From positions 416,001-480,000 of the forward strand of contig CAWJGT010000001.1 in assembly GCA_963842525.1 (NCBI GenBank): 64,000 bases of DNA, in the 5' to 3' direction. Of the stretch, positions 34,701-43,773 are shown in pieces. Position numbers and translations under genes: made by a program. Position 1 is the first letter of the stretch, and every line of letters begins with the position of its first letter. Origin of the DNA: an uncultured Holophagales bacterium. GTDB taxonomy: Bacteria > Acidobacteriota > Thermoanaerobaculia > Multivoradales > UBA5704. The notes under the pieces are model-generated. The model was not told where the DNA came from and searched no databases. It saw nothing but the letters and a program-made list of their open reading frames with translations.

Positions 34701-34965
34701 CCACGACCTTTCCGCTGGGATCGAGCAGCTCGATCTGGATGTCTACGCCCTGTTCAACGGTCGCGTCGAGGAACTGTCCAGCAGCAAGCTCGACGGGATA
34801 GCTGTGGACCTCCCCCGTCCGGATCTCCCGCTCCAGGGAGCTGCCGGGGTGGAGAGGCAGGTCTGCGGCGGGGGTGACCGGGCCCAGCGACAGGGCTGCC
34901 AAGGCGAGGCAGGACAGGCCCCAGGATGCTCTCGGTGTCCGGCTCGGGAGGCGGCTGAAACTCAT
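31744..34965 (-). CDS. Exported TPR-CHAT (caspase-like) protease
   Basis: Signal-like N-terminus, PPC-like domain, many TPRs (LNNLG), CHAT dyad VHFATHG / VVLSACET, PYYWAGF end. Confidence 0.92.
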   Translation of the reverse strand: MSFSRLPSRTPRASWGLSCLALAALSLGPVTPAADLPLHPGSSLEREIRTGEVHSYPVELAAGQFLDATVEQGVDIQIELLDPSGKVVVCIDSPNATRDVEELAIVADQPGAYEIRVSVASKHPLTGHYRIRLQPLRVAGEPDRLRMEAVLATQAAIQEIVDKAPLQHQLATRGRALALWQKVGDQGREAEELYQIGILKNELGQLDQAADLHRKAADLWQAVQSPAKRMFALNELGRILSLLTRSEEALQTLGTALSLAREKGDLELQGKVLNNRGHLLNNLGEAPAARQDLEEALRLTRKTGDYPGSILVNLGSAFERLGEPDRAFDFYKEALEDERTLPADRAASLNNLGVTHDALGNWDEAAKYYTRALELNRTSEDRRSEAATLNNLALVYQKLEQHDRALQAYEKAGELARKTDHREVQVSVLLNLGSLYLRMGRRDEAIRQWEQVAGLAGGTQDMELRSLQAQASAQREKGELATARATLERARRIAQSRSATAWEAELAVQLARIQKKQGDLAAAAETAEAALDLIESLRSRVASPDLSALFLASRQEYYELAIDVLMSLHARQPGMGFDARALQVSERARARSLLDLLSEAGADIQKGADPKLIQLERDRRATVRTRDRRHLELIHQGADPEQIAEAKRNLQEALDDYEQVQADLRASGRYASLTQPEPLSAAEIQQQVLGERTLLLEYALGKEKSYLWAVTSTSLQSFELPGRKAIEEPAVSFYQAVTTRDNAQAGRSDQQAEAAALALSKLILDQVEPLLGDRLLLVVGDGMLQYVPFAALPLPTSPKELVQNEVVVLPSASMLAVQRRELAGRRAAPKTLAVFADPLFEGHPDLPNLRAEARKTAGAAHRGVPGRGAVSQSEADPYDLDYLPFSRIEGEKIASLVPDPTEHWKALGADASVANAIGGRLKDYRFVHFATHGVLNTEHPELSKLALSQFDQQGKPLEDGFLRLQEIYNLELDADLVVLSACETALGKEIRGEGLVGLTRGFLYAGSSRVLASLWKVEDRATSLLMQRFYDYLLVQKKPPAAALRLAQADMASKSRYRSPYYWAGFSLQGEWK

Positions 34966-35128
34966 CTGATCCTTCGATCCGACCCGGGCTTTCCTCGATC
35001 CCCGGGCCGTGCGCCAGCTCAAGACGTCATGGTTCCGCAACCGGCAGGAGTCTGGTCGCCTTATATTCTATCGTTTCATCCAGATCAGCTTCCAGGCAAT
35101 GGTCCTCCGCCTGCGCTAAGCTGATGCC

Positions 35129-36238
35129 GTGCGCGTAAGCCCGGCGGAAGAATCGCCTGCGAGCCCGTCCCCCGAGACCCGGCGGGTCCTCCATTGCGAT
35201 ATGGACTGCTTCTATGCGGCCGTGCACATGCGGGACGATCCGTCCCTGCGCGGCAAGCCGGTGATCATCGGCGGACGGCCGGAAAGCCGGGGCGTCGTCG
35301 CGGCGGCGAGCTACGAGGTCCGCAAATACGGCGTGCATTCGGCCATGCCGTCGTCGCGGGCCAAGCGGCTCTGCCCGCATGCCATCTTCATTCCGCCCGA
35401 CTTCCGCCGCTACAGCCGCGAGTCCGAGAAGATCTTCGCCATCTACCGCGAGATCACGCCGCTCGTCCAGGCGGTGTCGATCGACGAAGCCTATCTCGAC
35501 GTGACGGACCATCTGGGGGAGGCCGGGAGCGCGACCGCCATCGCGCGCGAGGTCCGGCGGAGGGTGCGCGAGGAACGGGAGCTGACGGTGAGCGTCGGGG
35601 TGGGGCCGAACCGGCTGATCGCCAAGATCGCCTCGGACTTCCACAAGCCGGACGGCCTGACCGTGGTGCCGCCGCACCGGGTGCAGGAGTTCCTCGCTCC
35701 GCTGCCGGTGCGGCGCCTCAATGGCGTTGGTCCCGCGACCGAGAAGGTCCTTGTCGAGATGGGCATCCAGACCATCGCGGATCTGCGGGCGCGGGAGATC
35801 GAGGACCTGACCGACCGCTTCGGCGGCAAGCACAGCCGCCTGCTCTGGGAGTTCGCACGGGGGATCGACGACCGGCCGGTGGAGATCCACAGCGAGCGCA
35901 AGAGCCTGGGAACCGAGAACACCTACGCAGTGGACCTGGCCGACCTCGCGGAGATGGACGGCGAGATCCACCGCATGTCCGAGGAGGTGTCGGACGCCCT
36001 GATCAAGCGCGGTCTCACCGCCTGCACGGTGACGGTCAAGGTGCGCTACGCCGACTTCACCACCGTCACCCGCTCGCGGACCTTTCCCGTGCCGCTGCAC
36101 GATATCGCCTCGATCGCCGCCTGCGCCCGCGACCTCCTGCGGCGCACCGAGGCCCCCCGCCGGCCCATCCGCCTCCTCGGCGTCACCGCCTCCAACCTGC
36201 TGCACGGCAAGATGGTCCAGCTCCTGCTGTTTGAGTAG
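35129..36238 (+). CDS. dinB: DNA polymerase IV
   Basis: HCDMDCFYAAV, SYEVR, SIDEAYLD, AKIASDFHKPDG. Confidence 0.95.
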   Translation: MRVSPAEESPASPSPETRRVLHCDMDCFYAAVHMRDDPSLRGKPVIIGGRPESRGVVAAASYEVRKYGVHSAMPSSRAKRLCPHAIFIPPDFRRYSRESEKIFAIYREITPLVQAVSIDEAYLDVTDHLGEAGSATAIAREVRRRVREERELTVSVGVGPNRLIAKIASDFHKPDGLTVVPPHRVQEFLAPLPVRRLNGVGPATEKVLVEMGIQTIADLRAREIEDLTDRFGGKHSRLLWEFARGIDDRPVEIHSERKSLGTENTYAVDLADLAEMDGEIHRMSEEVSDALIKRGLTACTVTVKVRYADFTTVTRSRTFPVPLHDIASIAACARDLLRRTEAPRRPIRLLGVTASNLLHGKMVQLLLFE

Positions 36239-36340
36239 AGCGTCAGCGGGCGTGAAATCCATTCACGGCGTGGATGATTCGCACGAGCCGAGCAACTGAG
36301 AACAAGCCGAATCGAAGGCTACGTTAGACTGAACGGTGCC

Positions 36341-36535
36341 ATGTGCACGGTATCTCCCCGCGAGTACCACGCCCGGCGTGATGCGGAGCTGCGGCGCCAG
36401 CGGGAGGAGCTGCGTCTGGAGGTCCTGGAGAAGGCACGATCCGCAATCCGGCGGTTTGCCCCGGAGTTTCCACCGATCCAGGCGGTGGAGGGCTTCGGAG
36501 AGCTCTGCCATGAACGAAAGATACCTGGTTCTTGA
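36341..36535 (+). pseudogene. MNT (minimal nucleotidyltransferase) antitoxin, catalytic core deleted
   Basis: N-terminal helix ending ...PIQAV joined directly to EG...HERK C-terminus; no GS/DxD motif; overlaps HEPN start. Confidence 0.55.
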
Positions 36536-36971
36536 GCGGAGCATCCAGGCCGACCTGGGGATGATCGCACGCCTCTATGAGGCGCTCGGCGAGACGGATC
36601 TGAAGGGGGCCGAGCCCCAGGAGGTTCTCATCGTCATCGCCTACCGTCTCCACAGCCTCTACTCTGCCTTCGAGAACATCTTCCGCAACATTGCCACGGC
36701 GTTCGAGAACCAGCTCGATCCGGTAGGCTGGGATCGTCAGCTCTTGCAGCGGATGCGGCTGGATCTCCTCCCGATCCGCCCGGCCGTCATCGACGACAAG
36801 GCCTATGGGAGCCTGGACGAAATGCTCCGCTTCCGCCATGTCTTTCTGACCATGTACGGGATCGAGCTCGATGCCTCGCGTCTGCAGGTTGCCCTTCAGA
36901 AAACGCTGGCCCTCAAGCCCCTCTATCAGCCGCAGATCGAGAAGTTCCTGGAGTTCCTGAGAAGCCTTTGA
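36510..36971 (+). CDS. HEPN/HepT-like ribonuclease toxin
   Basis: LHSLYSAFENIF, W...LL.RM, FRHVF...YG.ELD. Confidence 0.75.
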   Translation: MNERYLVLERSIQADLGMIARLYEALGETDLKGAEPQEVLIVIAYRLHSLYSAFENIFRNIATAFENQLDPVGWDRQLLQRMRLDLLPIRPAVIDDKAYGSLDEMLRFRHVFLTMYGIELDASRLQVALQKTLALKPLYQPQIEKFLEFLRSL

Positions 36972-36993
36972 GCGCTGGGCGGCGCTGGGCCTC

Positions 36994-38307
36994 TCAGAGG
37001 ACCCGCCACCATGGCGAACGGGCAATCCATTCATGACGTGAATGATTCGCAAAGCCGAGCGCCTCCAGCGGATGAATCCCGCCGTTGTGCCACAGGGCGT
37101 CCGGGGATTGGAGGTCGCCGGGCGGAGCGCAACGGGAAATGCCGAGGCTGGTCAGCGCCGGCTCCAGGCTCCAGGCGTCGTCTCCGGCCAGAGCGGCTCC
37201 CTGGAGACGGTCCTGCCAGGGTGTGAGCAGGTCTGGCACGCGGGAGATGTCTGGCAGCGGATGGACCCGGACGGTCCGCAGGCCCGGAGTGGGACGGAAT
37301 TGCGGGTCGGTATCTAAGAGGACGGTCCCGGCGGCCAGGGGGAGGCAGGTCGGGCGCTGCCCTCGCATCTCCGCTTCCAGCCGCGCCTGCTGGACGGCGG
37401 CCTGGTCCGCGGGGTCGGGCGGACCGGGCGGCCAGGTTTGGGCCAGGACGCGGAGCTCGTCCTCTAGATAGGTGGCGAGCTCTTCCGCATCTCCAGCCGT
37501 GTAGACCGCCGCCACCGAAAGGCAGCCCCGTTGGTCGAACAGGGCGATGTCACGCGCCAGCCCCGGAGCCACCTGCTCGGGACGTGCCTCTCTCCCGATC
37601 ACGGCCAGGCTGGTCCTGGGGCCGTAGCCGACGACCTTGCCCGGCGCCCGGCGCTCCAGGTCTGCGAGCGCCGGCGCATCGCCGTAGGCGAGCACCGTGC
37701 CGGCACCCGCCAGGACAGGCGCTTCCAGCTCCTCGTTCCCGCCCGGCCAAGCGACGGCGGCGACGGAGCCCGCAAGCCTTGGCTCGCGACGGATCAGAGC
37801 GCGCAGAAAGGCGGGAGCGAACAGCGGCTCCGCCGAGGGGGATTTGAGAAGCACCGGCCGCCGGAGCGCAAGGGCCGGCAGCAGCGGCTGCACTGCCAGC
37901 GCCGGCAGGTTCGCGGCGAGCACCACGAGGACCGGCCCGGCGGGTGCGGAAGGTACGCGCGCTTCGGCCTCGGCCAGCAGGACCGCCGCGGGCTCCTTCC
38001 GCACGCCTCCGAGCACCGCTTCGAGGCCGGCTTGGAGCCCCTCCGTGGAGAGGCGGCAGAGGCGGGCCCACTCGGAATCGAGCGCCTGGCGTTCCGGCGA
38101 GCGGCGGGAGCGGAAGGCCTCGACCGTGCCGGTCCAGGCGGCCAGCAGGTCCGCCGTCGGGATGGCACGGAGAGCCTCCTCCCCCCGCCGGAGCTCGGCC
38201 ACGAGCCGGTCCAGGTCCGCCGGCGTCCACGGACAGGCGAGCCAGTGCAGGCCTTGCCGCGCGCTGGGCGGCGGGAGGCCCGGAGGCAGGTAGGCGTCGC
38301 GCAGCAT
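36994..38307 (-). CDS. Acyl-CoA reductase (LuxC-like)
   Basis: VLAANLP, LKSPS, AYGD, YGPRTS, FDQRGCLS. Confidence 0.85.
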   Translation of the reverse strand: MLRDAYLPPGLPPPSARQGLHWLACPWTPADLDRLVAELRRGEEALRAIPTADLLAAWTGTVEAFRSRRSPERQALDSEWARLCRLSTEGLQAGLEAVLGGVRKEPAAVLLAEAEARVPSAPAGPVLVVLAANLPALAVQPLLPALALRRPVLLKSPSAEPLFAPAFLRALIRREPRLAGSVAAVAWPGGNEELEAPVLAGAGTVLAYGDAPALADLERRAPGKVVGYGPRTSLAVIGREARPEQVAPGLARDIALFDQRGCLSVAAVYTAGDAEELATYLEDELRVLAQTWPPGPPDPADQAAVQQARLEAEMRGQRPTCLPLAAGTVLLDTDPQFRPTPGLRTVRVHPLPDISRVPDLLTPWQDRLQGAALAGDDAWSLEPALTSLGISRCAPPGDLQSPDALWHNGGIHPLEALGFANHSRHEWIARSPWWRVL

Positions 38308-38309
38308 GC

Positions 38310-39380
38310 CTAGCCCGCGCGCAGCTTCTCGACCACCAGGGAGCAGCCGCGCAGCTCGGCCCCGGCGGCGCGGCCGAGGAGGCGGAAGCCGTCCCCTTCG
38401 GCGACCCCCAGGTCTTCGGTCAACAGGTGGACGGCCGAGCCGACGTTCGCTAGGTCGAAGACGGAGATCAGCCCGGTCGTCCCTGGCGGCGCCTCCTCCA
38501 GCGTCTCGGGGTCCAGGATGCGGACCCGCGTCCAGGCCGGGGCCACGAAGAGGTCGAGGTCGCCGCCGAGGAGCACCCGCGTGTAACACTGGCTGGTGAG
38601 CTCGGTCATGCCGTACTCGCGGACCACCTGCTCCGGCGGCACCCCCAGCCGGTCTCCCACCCGCTGCAGCAGCTCGGCGCGGGTCAGCTCGGCGGTGCGC
38701 CCCTTGAAGCCGCCCGTCTCGAACAGGACGGACCCCGCCGGCAGCCGGAAACGGAGGTCCATCCGGTCCAGCCCGTCGAGCCACTGAGCCAGGGCAAAGG
38801 CGGTCGCCAGGACTAGGACGGGCCGGCCCTCGCGCTGGCGGGACCCGGTCCAGGAGCGGGCGCGCGCCGTCTCCACCCCGCGCGGTCCGAACGCCGTGGC
38901 GCTCTCCGGCGAGCCCCAGCGGGTGAGGATGTGGTCCACCATGAAGGAGAGGCTGGAGTCGGGGAGCTGCTCGCGGGTCGGGATCAGCGACAGGACCGGC
39001 AGGCGGGCCGCGGGGCCGAACAGCGGCAGGCAGAAAGGTGGGAACGAGGAGTCGATCACCTGCCGGTAGAGGTCCGGATAGGGATGGTGATGGACGCTCT
39101 GGGTCTCTCCGCCCCCTCCACTCCCTGAAGTCGTGCCGCTGCTGCGGAAGACCTCGACGGCTGGCGCCGTAGCCAGCTCCAGGCTCTTGAAGGCGGCGGA
39201 CGGCACCGGCGGCACCTGCCGCCAGTCCGTGACCGTGTCCGGGGTGACCCCACGTCCCAGGCAGAGGCGGCCGAAGGGCTCGATCCGCTCGAATTGGAAG
39301 GCGAACGCCCCAAGCGCCAGCTCCTCGAACGAGCCGTTCCGCGGATCGGTCACATAGCGGGAGATCCGGTCGACGATCAC
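38310..39380 (-). CDS. Acyl-protein synthetase (LuxE-like)
   Basis: FRSSGTT, ETGGFKG, EYGMTELTSQ, TEDLG, GRA.GAELRGC. Confidence 0.9.
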   Translation of the reverse strand: MIVDRISRYVTDPRNGSFEELALGAFAFQFERIEPFGRLCLGRGVTPDTVTDWRQVPPVPSAAFKSLELATAPAVEVFRSSGTTSGSGGGGETQSVHHHPYPDLYRQVIDSSFPPFCLPLFGPAARLPVLSLIPTREQLPDSSLSFMVDHILTRWGSPESATAFGPRGVETARARSWTGSRQREGRPVLVLATAFALAQWLDGLDRMDLRFRLPAGSVLFETGGFKGRTAELTRAELLQRVGDRLGVPPEQVVREYGMTELTSQCYTRVLLGGDLDLFVAPAWTRVRILDPETLEEAPPGTTGLISVFDLANVGSAVHLLTEDLGVAEGDGFRLLGRAAGAELRGCSLVVEKLRAG

Positions 39381-39453
39381 GGCCGGATTCTGTCACGGCC
39401 CCGGGACGTCCGCCGCCGGTTTTCTGCTACAGTACGGCCCGGAGGCCGGTCCT

Positions 39454-39828
39454 ATGCCCGAAGCGTTTCCTTATCCGAAGAAGATCGAGGTCGACAAGCC
39501 GCCGCGTGCCAAGGCGCCCAAGCAGTTGGCGGTGATCGACCAGACGGGCTGCACGGGCTGCGAGGCCTGCATTTCCTTCTGCCCGGTCGACTGCATCGAG
39601 ATCGTGCCAGGGCCCGAGTTCCGCGACTTCATGAAGCTCGTCGAGGTCGACCTGGAGCGGTGCATCGGCTGTCAGCTCTGCGCCCGCTACTGCCCCTGGG
39701 AGACGATCGATATGTGGGGTTATGAAGAAGGGGTCGCCGTCGCGCCCCAGCTTACGGTGCGCTCCCTGATCTACGACTACGATCCCGAGACCATGCACGA
39801 GGCGGCGGAGGCGCGGAGTGCCTCCTGA
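39454..39828 (+). CDS. 2x[4Fe-4S] dicluster ferredoxin
   Basis: CTGCEACISFCP and CIGCQLCARYCP. Confidence 0.92.
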   Translation: MPEAFPYPKKIEVDKPPRAKAPKQLAVIDQTGCTGCEACISFCPVDCIEIVPGPEFRDFMKLVEVDLERCIGCQLCARYCPWETIDMWGYEEGVAVAPQLTVRSLIYDYDPETMHEAAEARSAS

Positions 39829-40021
39829 GGCGCACGACCCCGAGCTCCAGGCCGCCCTGCAACAGGTCCTGCAGGTCATCTACAAAGACCACCCCCTCAA
39901 GGCCAACCAGATCCTGGTGCTCGCCGCCGAGCTGCAGCGGCTCGGCGTCCACCGCCTGGTGGAAGAGCACCTCTCCAAGTTCCAGCTCCAGCTCGACCGC
40001 ACCGTCCGCCCAGCCTCGTAG
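39818..40021 (+). CDS. Small hypothetical protein
   Basis: 67-aa ORF overlapping ferredoxin stop, GC3-rich codons. Confidence 0.55.
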   Translation: MPPEAHDPELQAALQQVLQVIYKDHPLKANQILVLAAELQRLGVHRLVEEHLSKFQLQLDRTVRPAS

Positions 40022-40059
40022 CGCAGGCTTTCCCTCGGCCGGGTGTTCCAGGAGGTGAG

Positions 40060-40680
40060 GTGGGCACGGAACGCGCAGCGGCGGCGAGCGTGGATCCGGG
40101 CTGGCAGGTGCTGGCCCGGGTGGCCGCAGGGGACACCGATGCGTTCGCCCGACTCGTCGAGAGCCATCAGGACCGGTTACTCCGGTTGTGTGAGCGCTTG
40201 CTCGGCGATGTGGAGGAGGCCCGCGACGCCGTCCAGGAGGTCTTCCTCAAGGCCTACCGCAAGGCCGGCGAGCTCCGGCCCCAGGGGCAGGTGTACACCT
40301 GGCTGTACCGCATCGCGGTCAACCATTGCCTGAACAAGCTCCGGCGGCGCAAGCTGGTCCGCTTCCTCCGCTTCGAGGACCCGGCGGACGAGGACGCGCC
40401 GCGGTTCGAGCCGCCGGACGGCGCTCCCGACCCCATCGCGGCACTGGAGTCGCGCCGGCGCTGGCAGGCCACCCGGCGGGCGATCGCCGGGCTGCCGGCG
40501 GGACAGCGGACGGTCCTCGTGCTGGCGCGCTTCGAAGGGCTTTCGTATCGTCAGATCGCCGAGGTCCTGGGCATCACCGAAGGCGCGGTGGAGAGCCGAC
40601 TCTTCCGGGCCATGCGCAGGGTCGAGGCCGCGCAGGAAGCGGAGGCCTCGGGGGTTTCAAAGAGAAAGGGCAGACCATGA
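40060..40680 (+). CDS. ECF sigma factor (RpoE/SigW-like)
   Basis: GDTDAFARLV, DAVQEVF, TWLYRIAVN, SYRQIAEVLG. Confidence 0.92.
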   Translation: MGTERAAAASVDPGWQVLARVAAGDTDAFARLVESHQDRLLRLCERLLGDVEEARDAVQEVFLKAYRKAGELRPQGQVYTWLYRIAVNHCLNKLRRRKLVRFLRFEDPADEDAPRFEPPDGAPDPIAALESRRRWQATRRAIAGLPAGQRTVLVLARFEGLSYRQIAEVLGITEGAVESRLFRAMRRVEAAQEAEASGVSKRKGRP

Positions 40681-41132
40681 GACGCACCACGGACATCGAG
40701 CTCATGCGGCTCCTCCACGGCGAGCTGCCGGCCGACCAGGCGCGCGGGCTGCGCGCCCGGATGGAGCGGGAGCCCGAGCTGGCCGCCGCCTACGCGCGGC
40801 TGGAGCGGACCTGGACCGGCCTGGAGCTGCCGCCGGCCGCTGCCGCCCCTCCAGGCTTCGGGCAGCGCATCCTGGCGCAGGCCCGCCCGGAAGGCCCGGG
40901 AGGGGCGCTCTCCTGGTCCGCGGCCCCGGTCTGGGTGCGGGCGACCGCCGCTGCGGCCCTGGTCTTCGGATTGGTGGTCGGCGCAGGGGTCGGGAGCTGG
41001 ACAGGGCCGCCGGCCGCCTTGGATGTTGAATCGGTCGGATCGGACGGATCGGACGGATCTGAGGAGATCGAGCCCAGCTTTGCCGAGGCGTACTGGGACG
41101 CTCTGGGCGAGCTCGACGAGGTCGGGCTGTGA
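40677..41132 (+). CDS. Anti-sigma factor, single TM
   Basis: ATGA overlap; LLHGEL N-domain; TM helix. Confidence 0.75.
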   Translation: MRRTTDIELMRLLHGELPADQARGLRARMEREPELAAAYARLERTWTGLELPPAAAAPPGFGQRILAQARPEGPGGALSWSAAPVWVRATAAAALVFGLVVGAGVGSWTGPPAALDVESVGSDGSDGSEEIEPSFAEAYWDALGELDEVGL

Positions 41133-41755
41133 AGCGCTGGTGGCTGGTCATCGTGCTCCTGCTGTCGCTGGGGGTGAACGCGGGGATCCTGGCGACCCTG
41201 GCCGTCCATCGCCTGTCGAAGCCCGGCAGGGAGGGGCCGCCGCCAGATCGTGGACCGATCCCTGAAGAGGTCCTCCCCGATCCGAACCCGGAGGGGCCGC
41301 CCCCGCGGGTGACCCGGCTGGCCGACCGGCTGGGGCTCGAAGGGGAGCAGCGCCGGCGCTTCATCGCCCTCCAACTGCGCTTCTTCGCGGACACCGTCCG
41401 CCTGCGCACCCAGCAGGTGGAGGTCTACCGTGCGCTGCGCCGCGAGCTGACAGCCCGGGAGCCCGACCAGGGGCGGATCGAGTCTTTGCTCCAGGAGGCG
41501 GCCCGCCTGCACCTCGCCCTCGAGCAGGCCATGACCCGCAACGTGATCGACAGCCGGGCGGTCCTCGATCCCGAGCAGGAGCGGCTCTACCGCCAGATCC
41601 TCTCCCGCCTGCGGCCCCCCGGCCTCCGTCCGGGAGGAGGCCTGGGCGATCAGCCTCCCCGAGCCCAACGCCGCCCCAGGCGGCAGAGGGCCCCCTGGAA
41701 CCGTCCCTCCCGCCCCGGCCCGCCTGGAGACGAGCAGGAGCCCTTTATCCCCTGA
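41129..41755 (+). CDS. Periplasmic heavy-metal sensor (Spy/CpxP/ZraP-like)
   Basis: LLLSLGVN anchor, LGLEGEQ and LDPEQ motifs; third gene of sigma/anti-sigma operon. Confidence 0.8.
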   Translation: MKRWWLVIVLLLSLGVNAGILATLAVHRLSKPGREGPPPDRGPIPEEVLPDPNPEGPPPRVTRLADRLGLEGEQRRRFIALQLRFFADTVRLRTQQVEVYRALRRELTAREPDQGRIESLLQEAARLHLALEQAMTRNVIDSRAVLDPEQERLYRQILSRLRPPGLRPGGGLGDQPPRAQRRPRRQRAPWNRPSRPGPPGDEQEPFIP

Positions 41756-41767
41756 CCCCGCGGCGCC

Positions 41768-41797
41768 AAAAAAAGACCCCGCTTCGTGCGGGGTTTC
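41768..41797. terminator. Probable intrinsic terminator hairpin
   Basis: A7-G-ACCCCGC-ttcgt-GCGGGGT-TT just downstream of 41755. Confidence 0.45.
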
Positions 41798-41929
41798 GGA
41801 GGAGGGAGGTTGGAGAGGAGACTTTGCCTCGCTGCCTTCGTCTGTCTCCATCTCCATATACGGACCATCCTCGGCGAGCGTTTGGTCGCCTGGTTGCCGG
41901 CAGGATCGATTCGTCGTGTAATTGCGCTT

Positions 41930-42694
41930 GTGAAGATCGCCACCTGGAACGTCAATTCCATCCGTTCGCGCCTTGACCGGGTCCTCGACTGGACGCAGCG
42001 GGAACTGCCGGACGTCCTCTGCATGCAGGAAATCAAGACGGTCGACGATCTCTTTCCCGCGGCTCCGTTCGTGGACCTGGGCTACCGGGTCGAGACCTAC
42101 GGGCAGCCGACCTACAACGGCGTCGCCATCCTCGCGCGCCGGCCATTGTCCAAGGTGGTCCGCGGGCTCCCGGGCGACGGCCCCGAAGCCCACCGGCGCC
42201 TCCTCGCGGCGACCGTCGGCCGGGTCCGCTTCGTGAACGTCTACGTCCCCAACGGGCAGTCGCCGGAGAGCGAAAAGTTCGTCTACAAGATGGAATGGCT
42301 CGACCGGCTGCGCGCCTTCCTCGAAGAGTCGGCCTCTCCTGGGGACCCGCTGGTGCTCCTGGGCGACTTCAACATCGCGCCGGACGAGCGGGACGTCCGC
42401 TATCCGGAGCAGTGGCGCGGCAAGATCCACTTCCACCCCAAGGAGCACGCGGCCCTGGCCCGGATCACCACGTGGGGGCTCTTCGACCTCTTCCGCAAGC
42501 ACCACGAGGAGGGTGGCTTCTACTCCTGGTGGGACTACCGGCGGCTCGCCTTCCAGCGCAACGACGGCCTGCGGATCGACCTGGTCCTGGGCACCGCTCC
42601 GATCCTGAAGCGCTGCAAGGAGAGCCGGATCGACCGCGAGGAGCGCAAGGGGGAGCACCCCTCGGACCACGTGCCGGTGGTGGTCGAGATCTGA
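41930..42694 (+). CDS. xth: Exodeoxyribonuclease III
   Basis: KIATWNVNSI, QEIK, YVPNG, GDFNIAP, GLRID, SDHVPV. Confidence 0.95.
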   Translation: MKIATWNVNSIRSRLDRVLDWTQRELPDVLCMQEIKTVDDLFPAAPFVDLGYRVETYGQPTYNGVAILARRPLSKVVRGLPGDGPEAHRRLLAATVGRVRFVNVYVPNGQSPESEKFVYKMEWLDRLRAFLEESASPGDPLVLLGDFNIAPDERDVRYPEQWRGKIHFHPKEHAALARITTWGLFDLFRKHHEEGGFYSWWDYRRLAFQRNDGLRIDLVLGTAPILKRCKESRIDREERKGEHPSDHVPVVVEI

Positions 42695-42698
42695 CGGC

Positions 42699-43337
42699 CT
42701 ACCGCATCCAGCGCGCCGTCTCCCAGCCGAGGTGGCTGTGGTCGTTGAAGAGGCGGACGACGGGCTGGTCTCCCCAGTCGACGACGCTCAGGGTGGCGGA
42801 ATCGAGGAACATGCGCCGGGCGGTGGCGAGGGGGGCTCCCAGTGCGGCGCAGAGCAGCGCCTTGATAGGGCCGACGTGGCTCACCAGGGCGATCCAGGCG
42901 CCGGGATGGCCCTGCGCCAGCTCTCCGGCGAGGTCGAGCATCCTTTCCTGGACCGTGCGCAGCGACTCGCCGCCCGGCGGTGGCTCTCCCAGGTCGGCCT
43001 CCCAGCGCAGGAGCGGCTCGCTGTCGCCCCTCTCGATCACCTCCGCGCGGGTCATCTTCTCCCAGTCGCCGAAGCACTGCTCGCGCAGGCGCGGCTCGAT
43101 CCCGAGCTCGACGCCCCGCGCGGCCGCGATCTTCCGGCCGGTCTCCCTGGCACGGGCGAGCGGGCTCGCATAGACGAGATCGACCGGGAGCGGAGCCAGG
43201 GCGGCGGCGATCCTTTCGGCCTGCTCGACCCCGGCCTCGGAGAGGGGCTCGTCGCTGGAGCCGAGATAGCGCATCTCCCGGTTCGAAAGGGTCTCGCCGT
43301 GGCGGACCAGCAGGAGGCGGACATCGGGAGGTCTCAT
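42699..43337 (-). CDS. Histidine phosphatase family protein
   Basis: LVRHGET, SPLARA, LREQCFGDWE, VSHVG. Confidence 0.9.
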   Translation of the reverse strand: MRPPDVRLLLVRHGETLSNREMRYLGSSDEPLSEAGVEQAERIAAALAPLPVDLVYASPLARARETGRKIAAARGVELGIEPRLREQCFGDWEKMTRAEVIERGDSEPLLRWEADLGEPPPGGESLRTVQERMLDLAGELAQGHPGAWIALVSHVGPIKALLCAALGAPLATARRMFLDSATLSVVDWGDQPVVRLFNDHSHLGWETARWMR

Positions 43338-43419
43338 GGCAGGCCACAAAGAAGACTATCGCAATCAGGGCCGGAGGGTCTTGCCCAGGGAGGCGGGTAA
43401 CTGTATCGTCAAGAGTCCA

Positions 43420-43773
43420 TGTGCAGGACTCTGTGCAGCGCCGCTGCCCTGGCCTGGCTGGCCTGGACAGGCTCGGCCCTCCCGGCCGTTGCGGGCCCGG
43501 CGGTCGCCGGCCTCGATCCGGCCCGGGTGGTCCTCGGGCGTGGCGAGCCATACGGGGACCTCGATCGCCGAGAGCCATGGCGAGGCGGCGGTGTCGCCTC
43601 CGGACTTCGGCCCCGAGGCCGAGGCCGAAATCCTGGAGCCGGAGACGGCCAAGACCTATGAGGTGGGGGCCAAGGGCCGGCACCTCGGCGGCCGGTTCGA
43701 GTGGGAGCTCAGCCTCTTCAACATGGAGGAGACGCGCAGTACTACCGTCTGCCGCCGCGCAGCTTCCGGCTGA
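43420..43773 (+). pseudogene. TonB-dependent receptor remnant
   Basis: Signal-peptide-like start, then LEPETAKTYEVGAKG...FEWELSLFNM barrel strand fragment only. Confidence 0.6.

Noticed and set aside
36994-39380. Bioluminescence operon
   Set aside because: No luxA, luxB or luxD in the window.
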